Source: Candidatus Lustribacter sp.
GTDB lineage: Bacteria > Vulcanimicrobiota > Vulcanimicrobiia > Vulcanimicrobiales > Vulcanimicrobiaceae
NCBI GenBank assembly: GCA_965277805.1
Contig: OZ255842.1
Span: forward strand, 5,312,001-5,376,000
Length of the DNA: 64,000 nucleotides
Direction: 5' to 3'
This document shows, piece by piece, positions 46,975-55,567 of this stretch; position 1 is the stretch's first letter; each line of letters opens with the position of its first letter. The position numbers and the translations under genes are program-made. The notes below the pieces were generated by a model. That model was not told the origin of the DNA. It made no database searches and saw only the letters and a program-made list of their open reading frames with translations.

Positions 46975-46984
46975 CGGCCGGACT

Positions 46985-47194
46985 TCATTTCTCCGCGCGC
47001 GCTTTGTGCGTCTCGTCGGGACAGTCGCCGGCGCGGTCCCACTGCCAGCCGGCGAGGGTGTGAATGCGGGTGGCCTTGCAGCCGCACGGGTATTCGGCCA
47101 CGGCCGCGACGTTGTCGGGCCGATCGCCCTCTACCCACTCGGTCATCACGTAGTTGGCCTCGTCGTCGAGGACGTCGGCATCGCTCATACTCAT
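46985..47194 (-). CDS. Small hypothetical protein with CxC...CxxxxH (possible metal binding)
   Basis: 69 aa, AAGGGA RBS, fills the intergenic gap. Confidence 0.55.
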   Translation of the reverse strand: MSMSDADVLDDEANYVMTEWVEGDRPDNVAAVAEYPCGCKATRIHTLAGWQWDRAGDCPDETHKARAEK

Positions 47195-47270
47195 GGCGTT
47201 CCCTTACCCATCCGCGCGGCCGGATCATTGGGGGTGCCCGGAGTGACCGGGCATGGTAGAATAGGGCGTT

Positions 47271-48359
47271 ATGGCCGCCCGGACCGCTCAGGAGATTTGG
47301 ATCGACGATAAGGCGCGCTGCGCCGGCTATGCCGACGGGGCGGCGTTCGCGCTTGCCCATGGGCTGAAGAACTACCGGCTCCAGCAGCTCTACCGGGCCG
47401 CGACGAAAGAGCTTCTCGCCGAGGTCGGTGAGGTCAGCGTGCTGCCCAAGGAGCTGCGGGCGGCCTTGGCTGCTGAGAAATTTTCCTTCGATGCGGTCGA
47501 GCCGGTCGTCATCCAGAACTCGAACGACAAGCAGACGATCAAGGGGCTCTTCCGGCTGCACGATGGCAACGAAGTCGAGGCGGTGCTCATGCAGCACTAC
47601 GGCGATCGCAACACCGTGTGCATCTCGAGCCAGTCGGGGTGCGCGTACGCGTGCGCGTTCTGTTCCACCGGGCAGGCGGGCTTTACGCGGCATCTGACGC
47701 CGACCGAGATCTTCGATCAAGCGCGCTATTTTGCGCGCCATCTCGCCGCGCAGGGCCGCAAGATCACGAACATCGTGTTCATGGGCATGGGCGAACCGTT
47801 CCATAACTACGCCTCGGTGATGGACGCGGTGCGACTGCTCAACGACGCGCACGGCTTCGGCCTCGGCCACCGGCACATCACGATCTCGACCGTCGGGGTC
47901 GTTCCGCAGATCGAACAGTTCGCGGAGGAAGGCATCCAGGTCAACCTCGCGATCTCGCTGCACGCGGCGACGGACGACGTGCGTTCGTCGATCATGCCGG
48001 TCAACCACAAGTGGCCGATCGCGCAGCTGATGGACGCCGTCGGCCGTTACATCGAGAAAACCAATCGCAAGGTCTTCTTCGAATACGTGATGCTCGACGG
48101 TGTAAACGATCGTCCCGAAGATGCCGAAGCGCTCGCGCGTTTGATGCGCGGCTCGCTCTATCACGTCAACATCATCCCCTACAACAGCACGCCGGATGCG
48201 AAGCTCGGCGCGACCGGCGATCAGCGCATCCGCGCCTTCAGCGCGATCCTCGAGGCCAAGGGAATCGCGTGCACCGTGCGCATTCCGATGGGCCGCGACA
48301 TCGCTGCGGCCTGCGGCCAGCTCCGCGCTGAAACGCAACCTCGCGCGCACGCGAGCTAG
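47271..48359 (+). CDS. rlmN: Dual-specificity RNA methyltransferase RlmN
   Basis: CISSQSGCAYACAFC, MGMGEP, ISTVG, SLHA and DIAAACGQL. Confidence 0.94.
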   Translation: MAARTAQEIWIDDKARCAGYADGAAFALAHGLKNYRLQQLYRAATKELLAEVGEVSVLPKELRAALAAEKFSFDAVEPVVIQNSNDKQTIKGLFRLHDGNEVEAVLMQHYGDRNTVCISSQSGCAYACAFCSTGQAGFTRHLTPTEIFDQARYFARHLAAQGRKITNIVFMGMGEPFHNYASVMDAVRLLNDAHGFGLGHRHITISTVGVVPQIEQFAEEGIQVNLAISLHAATDDVRSSIMPVNHKWPIAQLMDAVGRYIEKTNRKVFFEYVMLDGVNDRPEDAEALARLMRGSLYHVNIIPYNSTPDAKLGATGDQRIRAFSAILEAKGIACTVRIPMGRDIAAACGQLRAETQPRAHAS

Positions 48360-48362
48360 AGT

Positions 48363-49022
48363 TTGGCGCGCCTGAAGATTCGCGACGACGTCGTGGCGGT
48401 CGAACTGACGGCCGGCGACCTGATCGACGAAACGTCGCTTTCGGCGATCAAGTCCGAAGGGGCGCAGCTGAGCGGCGCGGACGTTCGCAACCTCGCGATT
48501 GCGCAATCGCGGCTTACGCGCGCCAACTTCGCCGAAAGCCGGCTGCCGCGTCTGAACCTCACCGATGTCGAGCTGCTCGACTGCAATCTCTCGAACGTCA
48601 AAGTGACCGAAGGTTCGTTCCGCCGCGCGGCGTTCAATACGTGCAAGCTCACCGGAATCAACCTGACCGGCAGCTCGCTCGGCGACATCGAGTTCGTGAA
48701 TTGCCTGATCGATTTCGCCCTGTTCGACCGGGTAGGCCTCAAGCAGGTCACGTTCCGGAACTGTCAGATGCGGGACGCCGATTTCTCGGAGACGGCCTTG
48801 GATCGCGTGCATTTCATCGAGTGCGATCTGGCGCGCGCGACGTTCGATCGCGTACGCCTCACGGCGTCGGACATGCGGCACTGCACGATGAACGGAATGC
48901 GCGGGCTCGGGCAGCTGCGCGGCATGTCGATGGAGTGGAACGACATCATCGGGCATGCCGAGCTGTTCGCGAGCGAACTCGGCATCGTGGTCGCCGGAGA
49001 TCCCGACGGAGATGACGATTGA
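48363..49022 (+). CDS. Pentapeptide repeat protein
   Basis: Continuous 5-residue periodicity (ANFAE, CNLSN, AAFNT, CKLTG, ADFSE, CDLAR, ATFDR). Confidence 0.88.
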   Translation: MARLKIRDDVVAVELTAGDLIDETSLSAIKSEGAQLSGADVRNLAIAQSRLTRANFAESRLPRLNLTDVELLDCNLSNVKVTEGSFRRAAFNTCKLTGINLTGSSLGDIEFVNCLIDFALFDRVGLKQVTFRNCQMRDADFSETALDRVHFIECDLARATFDRVRLTASDMRHCTMNGMRGLGQLRGMSMEWNDIIGHAELFASELGIVVAGDPDGDDD

Positions 49023-50182
49023 CGGCGAAGGTCCGTGAGGTCGTCACGCACGCGGTTGCGCTGACCGCGCTGTTTTACGCCTGGCGTTCGATGCGCGTGC
49101 TGGCGGGCTGGAAACGTGTGCCGGCGGCTCCGAATGATACGCCGTTGCCGTCGCTCTCGATCGTCGTGCCTGCGCGGGACGAAGAGCGAAGTATCGAGCC
49201 GTGCGTGCGATCGTTGCTGGCGCAGCACGGCGTCGACGCGGAAGTAATCGTCGTCGACGACCGCTCCGGCGATCAGACACCGCTCATCCTTGCGCGCTTG
49301 CAACGCGAATTTCCATTGCTGCAGATCGTGCGCGGTGAAGCGTTGCCGGAGGGCTGGGTCGGCAAACCGTGGGCGTGCGCGCAGGGCGCGCTTCGCGCTC
49401 GCGGCGAGTGGCTGCTGTTCACCGACGCCGACAGCCGGCACGAACCGGACGCCTCGGCATCCACGCTGGCGTTCGCGCGGGCGCAGAAGGCCGACGCGCT
49501 CTCGATCATGACCGGGCAAGATCTCGTGTCGCCGGCGGAGCGGGCGATACTGCCGGCGATCTTGCAGATGATCGTCTTCGCGAGCGGACTCATCACCGAG
49601 ATCAACGACCCGCAGCGGCCCGATCGCGCGCTTGCCAACGGTCAGTATTTGCTTATCTCGCGCGCGGCCTATGATGCGCTCGGGGGGCATGCGGCGGTGC
49701 GCGGCGAGATCGTCGAGGACATCGAGTTTGCGCGCCGGCTCAAACGCGACGGACGGTTTCGTCTGATCGTCGCGGAGGCGACGCAACTGGTGCACGTGCG
49801 CATGTACCATTCGTTCCGCGAAATTTGGGACGGCTTCACGAAGAACATGTACCTCGGCGCACGCGGCGATCTGCGGGCGATTGCGGGCGGCGTTGCCTTT
49901 TGCGCCGCGCTCTCGGTCGCGCCGCCGCTGCTTACGTTGGCGTCACTGCGGCGTGGCGATCGGGCGCGGGCCGCCGAGGCGCTCGCGGTGACGGCCCTCG
50001 TGATCGCCGTTGCGGCCCGAGGTGCGACCTATGTCTCGATGCCGCGCCGGCTCGCGGTGTTCGCGCCGTTCGGCATCGGCATGTTCGGTGCAATCGCGCT
50101 CAATTCGACGCGCCGGGCGCTCACCGGTGCCGGATTCGCATGGCGGGGCCGCGTTTATCCGGCGAAGAACGACGCCGGATGA
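49019..50182 (+). CDS. GT2 membrane glycosyltransferase (HpnB/CrtQ-like)
   Basis: VPARDEE, VDDRSGD, GWVGKPWAC, FTDAD, ANGQY and VEDI. Confidence 0.88.
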   Translation: MTAKVREVVTHAVALTALFYAWRSMRVLAGWKRVPAAPNDTPLPSLSIVVPARDEERSIEPCVRSLLAQHGVDAEVIVVDDRSGDQTPLILARLQREFPLLQIVRGEALPEGWVGKPWACAQGALRARGEWLLFTDADSRHEPDASASTLAFARAQKADALSIMTGQDLVSPAERAILPAILQMIVFASGLITEINDPQRPDRALANGQYLLISRAAYDALGGHAAVRGEIVEDIEFARRLKRDGRFRLIVAEATQLVHVRMYHSFREIWDGFTKNMYLGARGDLRAIAGGVAFCAALSVAPPLLTLASLRRGDRARAAEALAVTALVIAVAARGATYVSMPRRLAVFAPFGIGMFGAIALNSTRRALTGAGFAWRGRVYPAKNDAG

Positions 50183-51540
50183 CCTCCGGAGAAACCACCG
50201 AAACCACGCCCCGCGTCACGATGGAAGAAGTCACCGCGCTCGCTAAACGCCGCGGTTTCATTTTCCAATCGAGCGAGATCTACGGCGGCATCGGCGGCTT
50301 CTTCGACTACGGCCCGCTCGGCGCGATCCTCAAGCGCAACGTCAAGGACGCGTGGTGGCGTGAGACGGTGGAACTGCGCGACGACGTCGTGGCGTTCGAC
50401 TCATCGATCATCATGCACCCGCAGACGTGGGTTGCCTCGGGCCACGTGGCGGCCTTTCACGATAAGCTCGTCGACTGCAAAAACTGCAAGCACCGGTTTC
50501 GCGCCGATCACATTGCCTCGCTCGACAAGTGTCCCGACTGCGGGATGAGCGGCACGCTGACCGAGCCGCGCAACTTCAACTTGATGATGAAGACCGCGAT
50601 CGGTCCGATGGAAGATTCGGCGTCGCAAGCGTACCTGCGGCCGGAAACGGCTCAGGGCATCTTCGTCAACTTCAAGAACATCTATCAGAGCGCGCGTAAA
50701 CGCCCGCCGTTCGGTATCGCGCAGATCGGCAAGTCGTTCCGCAACGAGATCACGCCGGGCAACTTCACCTTTCGCGTGCGCGAGTTCGAGCAGGCGGAGC
50801 TGGAGTATTTCGTGCCCGACGACGGCAACGACGTCGCGGTCTACGAGATGTGGGTCGCCGCGCGCAAGAAGTGGTACAGCGACTACGGCGTGCGCGCCGA
50901 CCGCCTGCGTTTCTACGAGCTAACGCCGCAAGAGCGGCCGCACTACGCCAAGGCCGGAACCGACGTCGAATACCTCTTCCCGTGGGGCTGGGGCGAACTT
51001 GAATCGATCGCGCACCGAGGCACCTACGACCTCGACGCGCACATGAAGCTTTCGGGTAAAGACCTGACCTACTTCGATGAAGCCTCGAAGACCAAGTACA
51101 CGCCGATCCTCATCGAAAGTTCGGCCGGCATGGACCGCACGACGCTCACGATGCTGATCGACGCCTACGAGAACGAGACGACGGTCGATCCCGAGAGCGG
51201 CAAAGAGACGAAGCGCGTCGTGCTGCGGTTCCATCCGAAGATCGCGCCGGTTCAGGTCGGCGTCTTTCCGCTCGCGCGGAACAAACCCGAACTGGTCGAG
51301 CGCGCGCAGCGCATCGAGCGCGGGTTACGGCCGTTCTTCCGCACGCAGTACGACGAAGGAAATGTCGGCCAGCTCTATCGCCGTCAGGATGAAATCGGTA
51401 CGCCGGCGTGCATCATGGTCGACTATGACACGCTCGCCGACGGGTCGGTGACCGTGCGCGACCGCGACACCATGCGCCAAGACCGGCTGGCCGAAGACAA
51501 GCTGGCCGGCTATCTCGCCGACCGTCTCGGGCTCCCGTAA
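50179..51540 (+). CDS. glyQS: Glycine--tRNA ligase, alpha2 (single-subunit) type
   Basis: KRRGFIFQSSEIYGG, YLRPETAQG, GKSFRNEITPGNF..RVREFEQ and YRRQDEIGTP. Confidence 0.96.
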   Translation: MTSGETTETTPRVTMEEVTALAKRRGFIFQSSEIYGGIGGFFDYGPLGAILKRNVKDAWWRETVELRDDVVAFDSSIIMHPQTWVASGHVAAFHDKLVDCKNCKHRFRADHIASLDKCPDCGMSGTLTEPRNFNLMMKTAIGPMEDSASQAYLRPETAQGIFVNFKNIYQSARKRPPFGIAQIGKSFRNEITPGNFTFRVREFEQAELEYFVPDDGNDVAVYEMWVAARKKWYSDYGVRADRLRFYELTPQERPHYAKAGTDVEYLFPWGWGELESIAHRGTYDLDAHMKLSGKDLTYFDEASKTKYTPILIESSAGMDRTTLTMLIDAYENETTVDPESGKETKRVVLRFHPKIAPVQVGVFPLARNKPELVERAQRIERGLRPFFRTQYDEGNVGQLYRRQDEIGTPACIMVDYDTLADGSVTVRDRDTMRQDRLAEDKLAGYLADRLGLP

Positions 51541-51580
51541 GGCCGAAGGTTTCGGCCGCCGCGAGAGCACAATTGCCGAT

Positions 51581-51919
51581 ATGATCATGCGGCTTTGCGG
51601 CTTTCTCGCCGCTCTCGGACTCATTTCCAGCGTGACCGTTGCGTCGGCCCAGCCGGCGGCAATGAAGATGCCCAAAAAAGTCACCGCGTTCTACATGTGC
51701 AGCGGGCTGCACCAGAAAGCGATTTACGACAACGTAAAAAATCGCGTGTCGTTCGTGTGGGGCGCAAAAGACTACCATCTGCCGCGCGTTCCGTCGGCCG
51801 ACGGTTCACGCTACGCGGGCAACGGCCTCGAGTGGTGGTCGAAGGGCCCCAACGTCACCCTCTCAACCCTCCCCGAACACAACGTCCTCGCCACCTGCAC
51901 CCCCGGTAAGCGCTTCTAA
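51581..51919 (+). CDS. MliC/PliC-family lysozyme inhibitor
   Basis: Signal peptide, YMC, SADGSRY...WWSKG and a C-terminal Cys. Confidence 0.85.
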   Translation: MIMRLCGFLAALGLISSVTVASAQPAAMKMPKKVTAFYMCSGLHQKAIYDNVKNRVSFVWGAKDYHLPRVPSADGSRYAGNGLEWWSKGPNVTLSTLPEHNVLATCTPGKRF

Positions 51920-51930
51920 CTTTTCCCCAC

Positions 51931-52117
51931 TGTCATCCCGAGCGAGCGCCGTAGGGCGCGTAGACGAGGGACCAGTGATAATCCTCAATATCGGCCGGGG
52001 CAATTCCCCGAACGTGGGTACTTTGGCGTGCACGTTGGTGGAGTTGCCCTGACTGACGTTCCGGAGTTTCTCTCGTCCCTCGTCTACGCGCCCTACGGCG
52101 CTCCGCTCGGGATGACA
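51931..52117. repeat. Full REPIN/MITE-like palindromic element
   Basis: Arms 51931-51972 and 52075-52117 are reverse complements apart from one indel, around a ~102-bp unique spacer. Lies between convergent genes. Confidence 0.92.
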
Positions 52118-52125
52118 AATTGTTT

Positions 52126-53346
52126 TTAGGCGAGGGTGGCGGCTATTGTTGAGCGGAGGCGTTGGACGGCGTCGCGGATTTCTTCTTGCGTGATGATGAG
52201 CGGGGGGATGAAGCGTAGCGTGTTGCGGCCGGCGGCGTTGATGATCAGGCCGAAGTCGAGGCCGTGCGGCACGAACTCCGCGGCCTTGCGCGGCTCGCGC
52301 ACGGGCAGGCCCAGCATCAAGCCGTGACCGCGCGGCGGCTCGAAGACGTCGGGCCACTGATGCGCGATCGAGCGCAGCTCGTTCCGCAAGAGGGCGCCGA
52401 CGGTTTCGACGTGCGTGTCGAGATCGAGCACGTCGCGGATGGCCAGGTGCTCGAGCGCTGCCGCGGCGGGCACCGGCGAGCCGCCGAAGGTCGTGCCGTG
52501 ATCGCCGGGCTTGAGGCTCGTGGCGGCATCTCCGCGCACGAGCAGCGCGCCGATCGGCAGACCGTTGGCGAGCGACTTCGCGAGCGTGAACGCGTCCGGC
52601 TGCACTTCGTAAAGCTGCGAGGCGAACAGACGCCCGAGGCGTCCCATGCCGACTTGCACTTCATCGAAGATCAATAGCGCGCCGCGTTGCGTGCAGAAGT
52701 CGCGGGCGGCGGCCAGAAATTCCGGAGTCGCGGGCAGCACGCCGCTTTCACCCTGCACCGGCTCGACGATGAACGCGGCGGTGCGGTCGTCGATCCCCTT
52801 CGAAAGCGCGTCGATGTCGTTGAACGGCGTGAATGCGAAGCCTTCCGGTAACGGCGCGAAGCCTTCTTTGTAGGCCGGCGCGTCGGTGGCAGCGAGCGCG
52901 CCCATCGTGCGGCCGTGGAACGAATCGTTGCAGGCGAGAATCGTCGTGCGCTCTTTTTCGCCCTTGCGCCAAGCGAACTTCCGAGCGAGCTTGATCGCGG
53001 CTTCGTTTGCTTCGGTGCCGGAATTGCAGAAGAAGACCGTATCGAAACCGGACAATTCGGCCAAACGGTCGGCCAGGATGCCGGCCGGTTCGTGGTGGTA
53101 GAGGTTGCTGCAGTGCACGAGCGTCGCCGCCTGATCGGCGACGGCACGCGTGATGCGCGGATGCGCGTGCCCGAGCGCGACGACCGCGAGACCGGCGACC
53201 ATGTCGATGTAGCGGTTGCCCGATTCATCGAAGAGATACACGCCCTCGCCGCGCACGATGTTGATCTCTTGGCGCGCGTAGTTCGCCATGAGATGCGGAT
53301 GCCGCGTCATGATCCGTGCGCCGTGTTGAACTGCGGGAGAAGTCAT
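52126..53346 (-). CDS. argD: Acetylornithine aminotransferase
   Basis: FCNSGTEANE, SFHGRT, EPVQGESG, FDEVQVG, AKSL and HGTTFGG; last gene of the arg operon. Confidence 0.93.
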   Translation of the reverse strand: MTSPAVQHGARIMTRHPHLMANYARQEINIVRGEGVYLFDESGNRYIDMVAGLAVVALGHAHPRITRAVADQAATLVHCSNLYHHEPAGILADRLAELSGFDTVFFCNSGTEANEAAIKLARKFAWRKGEKERTTILACNDSFHGRTMGALAATDAPAYKEGFAPLPEGFAFTPFNDIDALSKGIDDRTAAFIVEPVQGESGVLPATPEFLAAARDFCTQRGALLIFDEVQVGMGRLGRLFASQLYEVQPDAFTLAKSLANGLPIGALLVRGDAATSLKPGDHGTTFGGSPVPAAAALEHLAIRDVLDLDTHVETVGALLRNELRSIAHQWPDVFEPPRGHGLMLGLPVREPRKAAEFVPHGLDFGLIINAAGRNTLRFIPPLIITQEEIRDAVQRLRSTIAATLA

Positions 53347-53358
53347 ACTCTTGTGGCG

Positions 53359-53383
53359 GTCCCTCGACAAGCTCGGGATGACA
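53359..53383. repeat. Solo arm of REP-like family, between argJ and argD
   Basis: GTCCCTCGACAAGCTCGGGATGACA. Confidence 0.82.
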
Positions 53384-53388
53384 TTGTA

Positions 53389-54618
53389 CTAGGTGCGGTA
53401 ATGTGCGTTAATCCTGACGTAGTCGGTGGAGAAGTCGCAGCCCCAGCCGGTGGCGCAGGCCTCGCCCATGCCGAGGTCGAGCGTGATCTCGATCGTCTGC
53501 TCCTCGAGCAGCAAGTGCGCTTCGGCTTCGCTCAACGCTTCGATCGCGCCGACTTCGACCCACGACTGTCCGCCGAGTTTGAGCGACCACTTCTCCGGAT
53601 CGAGTCCCGCGCGCGCCGCACCGGCCGAAGCGATGATGCGGCCCCAGTTCGGGTCTTCGCCGTAGAGCGCGGTCTTCACGAGCGAGCTGTTGATCACCAT
53701 GCGCGCGATCGTCCGCGCCTGGACTTCGTCCTTGGCGCCGGTGACGTTGAACACGAGCGTCTTGGTCGCGCCTTCGCCGTCGCGCACCATCGCCACGGCG
53801 AGGTCGCGGCACAGCGCGGAGAGTGCGGCGCGGAAGCCCGGCGTTGCGCCGTCGGTGCCGGGACGCGCGAACGCGTAGCACGAGTCGTTGGTCGACATGT
53901 CGCCGTCGACCGAGATCATGTTGAAGCTGCCGTCGACCGCTTCGCGCAGCGCATCTTGCAGGCCGGCGCGTGACATCGGCGCGTCGGTGACGACGAACGA
54001 CAGCATCGTCGCCATCGAGGGGCTGATCATGCCCGAGCCCTTGGCGATGCCGCCGACGACGTAGCGGTGTTCGCCCTCGTGCCACGCATACGCGGCCATC
54101 TTCGGCACGTGATCGGTCGTCATGATTGCTTCGGCCGCTTCGAAGCACGCCTCGGGCCCGTGCGAGAGCGCTTTCACCGCGCGTTCGAGACCCTTGGAGA
54201 GCCGGTCCATCGGTAGATACACGCCGATGACGCCGGTCGATGCGACGACGACTTGAGTCGGGCGCAGACCGAGCAGCGTTGCGGCTTGGCGCGCGGTGGC
54301 GCGCGCATCGCGCAACCCGCGCTCGCCGGTGCACGCGTTCGCGCAGCCGGCGTTGACGACGATCGCGCACATCTGCTCGCCGTCGAATTCGAGATGGCTG
54401 GTCGAAGCGATCAACGGCGCAGCTTTGATCTCGTTGGTCGTCACGACCTCCGCGCACACGTGCGGAACCTCGAGCGCGATCAACGCGAGATCGGTCTTGC
54501 GCTTCTTGATTCCGGCATGAACGCCGGCCAGACGGACGCCCGGCACGGCACCGAGTCCACCCCGGACCTCGATGAGCCGGATCGATTCAGCCGACAGCGG
54601 TGCGAGCATCGAGTCCAC
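53389..54618 (-). CDS. argJ: Ornithine acetyltransferase / N-acetylglutamate synthase ArgJ
   Basis: NAGCANACTG, STGVIG, AKGSGMISPSMATML, DGDMSTND, DGEGATK and DPNWGRI. Confidence 0.97.
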   Translation of the reverse strand: MDSMLAPLSAESIRLIEVRGGLGAVPGVRLAGVHAGIKKRKTDLALIALEVPHVCAEVVTTNEIKAAPLIASTSHLEFDGEQMCAIVVNAGCANACTGERGLRDARATARQAATLLGLRPTQVVVASTGVIGVYLPMDRLSKGLERAVKALSHGPEACFEAAEAIMTTDHVPKMAAYAWHEGEHRYVVGGIAKGSGMISPSMATMLSFVVTDAPMSRAGLQDALREAVDGSFNMISVDGDMSTNDSCYAFARPGTDGATPGFRAALSALCRDLAVAMVRDGEGATKTLVFNVTGAKDEVQARTIARMVINSSLVKTALYGEDPNWGRIIASAGAARAGLDPEKWSLKLGGQSWVEVGAIEALSEAEAHLLLEEQTIEITLDLGMGEACATGWGCDFSTDYVRINAHYRT

Positions 54619-55567
54619 GTTCCTCCGGGAGTCCCAGCATGATGTTCATGTTCTGCACGGCTTGTCCGGCCGCGCCTTTGCCCAGGTTGTCGAGCGCGGA
54701 GAGGATGTGAATCACCCCGTCACGCTGCGTGACCTTGAGCTGTGCGTTATTGGTTTTCTCGACGGCCGGCAGATGCGGCACGCGCTTGTCGGTGAACACC
54801 GTGACGAACGGGTTGTTCGCGTAGAAACGCAGGTACAGTGCTTCGACCTCGTCGCGCGCGATCGGCGCGCGCGGCACCAGGTACACGTCGGCCAAGATCC
54901 CGCGGCGCAGCGGTACGACGTGCGGCGAGAAGACGATCGGCGCATCGATGCCCGCGGCGCGCGCTTCCTGCGCGATCTCGGGTTGATGCCGATGGCCTTC
55001 GAGACCGTAGGGGTAGACGTCTTCGGCGACTTCGGCAAACAGGGTTTGCACTTTGGGATTGCGGCCGGCACCGGTGACGCCGCTCTTCGCATCGATGATG
55101 ACGGTGGCGATGCGATCGCCCAGCGACCCGAGCGGAATCAGCGCCAGCAGCGAGGCGGTGACGTAACAGCCGGGATTCGCGATGAACGAGCTCTTCGCGA
55201 TCGCGTCGCGATAGCGCTCGGGCAAGCCGTAGACCGCGCCTTCGGATTTGTCCGCGAGCCGGTAGGCGTCGGAAAGGTCGATCACGCGCGCACCGGCCGC
55301 GAGCAGCGCGGGCGCGTGCTCGTGGGCAACTTCGTGATTGCCGGCCAGAAAAACGATGTCGCCCGGGCGCACGCGCTCGCGCACGGCACCGGTCGGCGAG
55401 CAGACGAGTTCGTTCACCGGCAGCGACGGGAACAGATCGCACATGCGCGCGCCGGCGGAGCTGCTGCTCTCGACCGTCGCGATCGTGACGTCGGGATGCA
55501 CGGCGAGCAGGCGGATCAGCTCGGCGGCGGCATAGCCGCTCGCGCCGACGATGTGGACGGTCGTCAT
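54587..55567 (-). CDS. argC: N-acetyl-gamma-glutamyl-phosphate reductase
   Basis: GASGY, ANPGCY, SGVTGAGR, HRHQPEI and DNLGKGAAGQAVQNMN. Confidence 0.97.
   Translation of the reverse strand: MTTVHIVGASGYAAAELIRLLAVHPDVTIATVESSSSAGARMCDLFPSLPVNELVCSPTGAVRERVRPGDIVFLAGNHEVAHEHAPALLAAGARVIDLSDAYRLADKSEGAVYGLPERYRDAIAKSSFIANPGCYVTASLLALIPLGSLGDRIATVIIDAKSGVTGAGRNPKVQTLFAEVAEDVYPYGLEGHRHQPEIAQEARAAGIDAPIVFSPHVVPLRRGILADVYLVPRAPIARDEVEALYLRFYANNPFVTVFTDKRVPHLPAVEKTNNAQLKVTQRDGVIHILSALDNLGKGAAGQAVQNMNIMLGLPEERGLDARTAVG

Noticed and set aside
47271-48359. cfr resistance methyltransferase
   Set aside because: The MGMGEP motif and housekeeping context fit RlmN.
48363-49022. qnr quinolone-resistance call
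   Set aside because: Pentapeptide periodicity alone is not diagnostic, and there is no mobile context.
51541-51557. Hairpin GGCCGAA-GGT-TTCGGCC after glyQS as a terminator
   Set aside because: Perfect 7-bp stem but no U-tract, so its function is unsupported.
51933-52118. 61-aa ORF inside the palindromic element
   Set aside because: It arises from the ATG in the repeat arm and shows no coding features.
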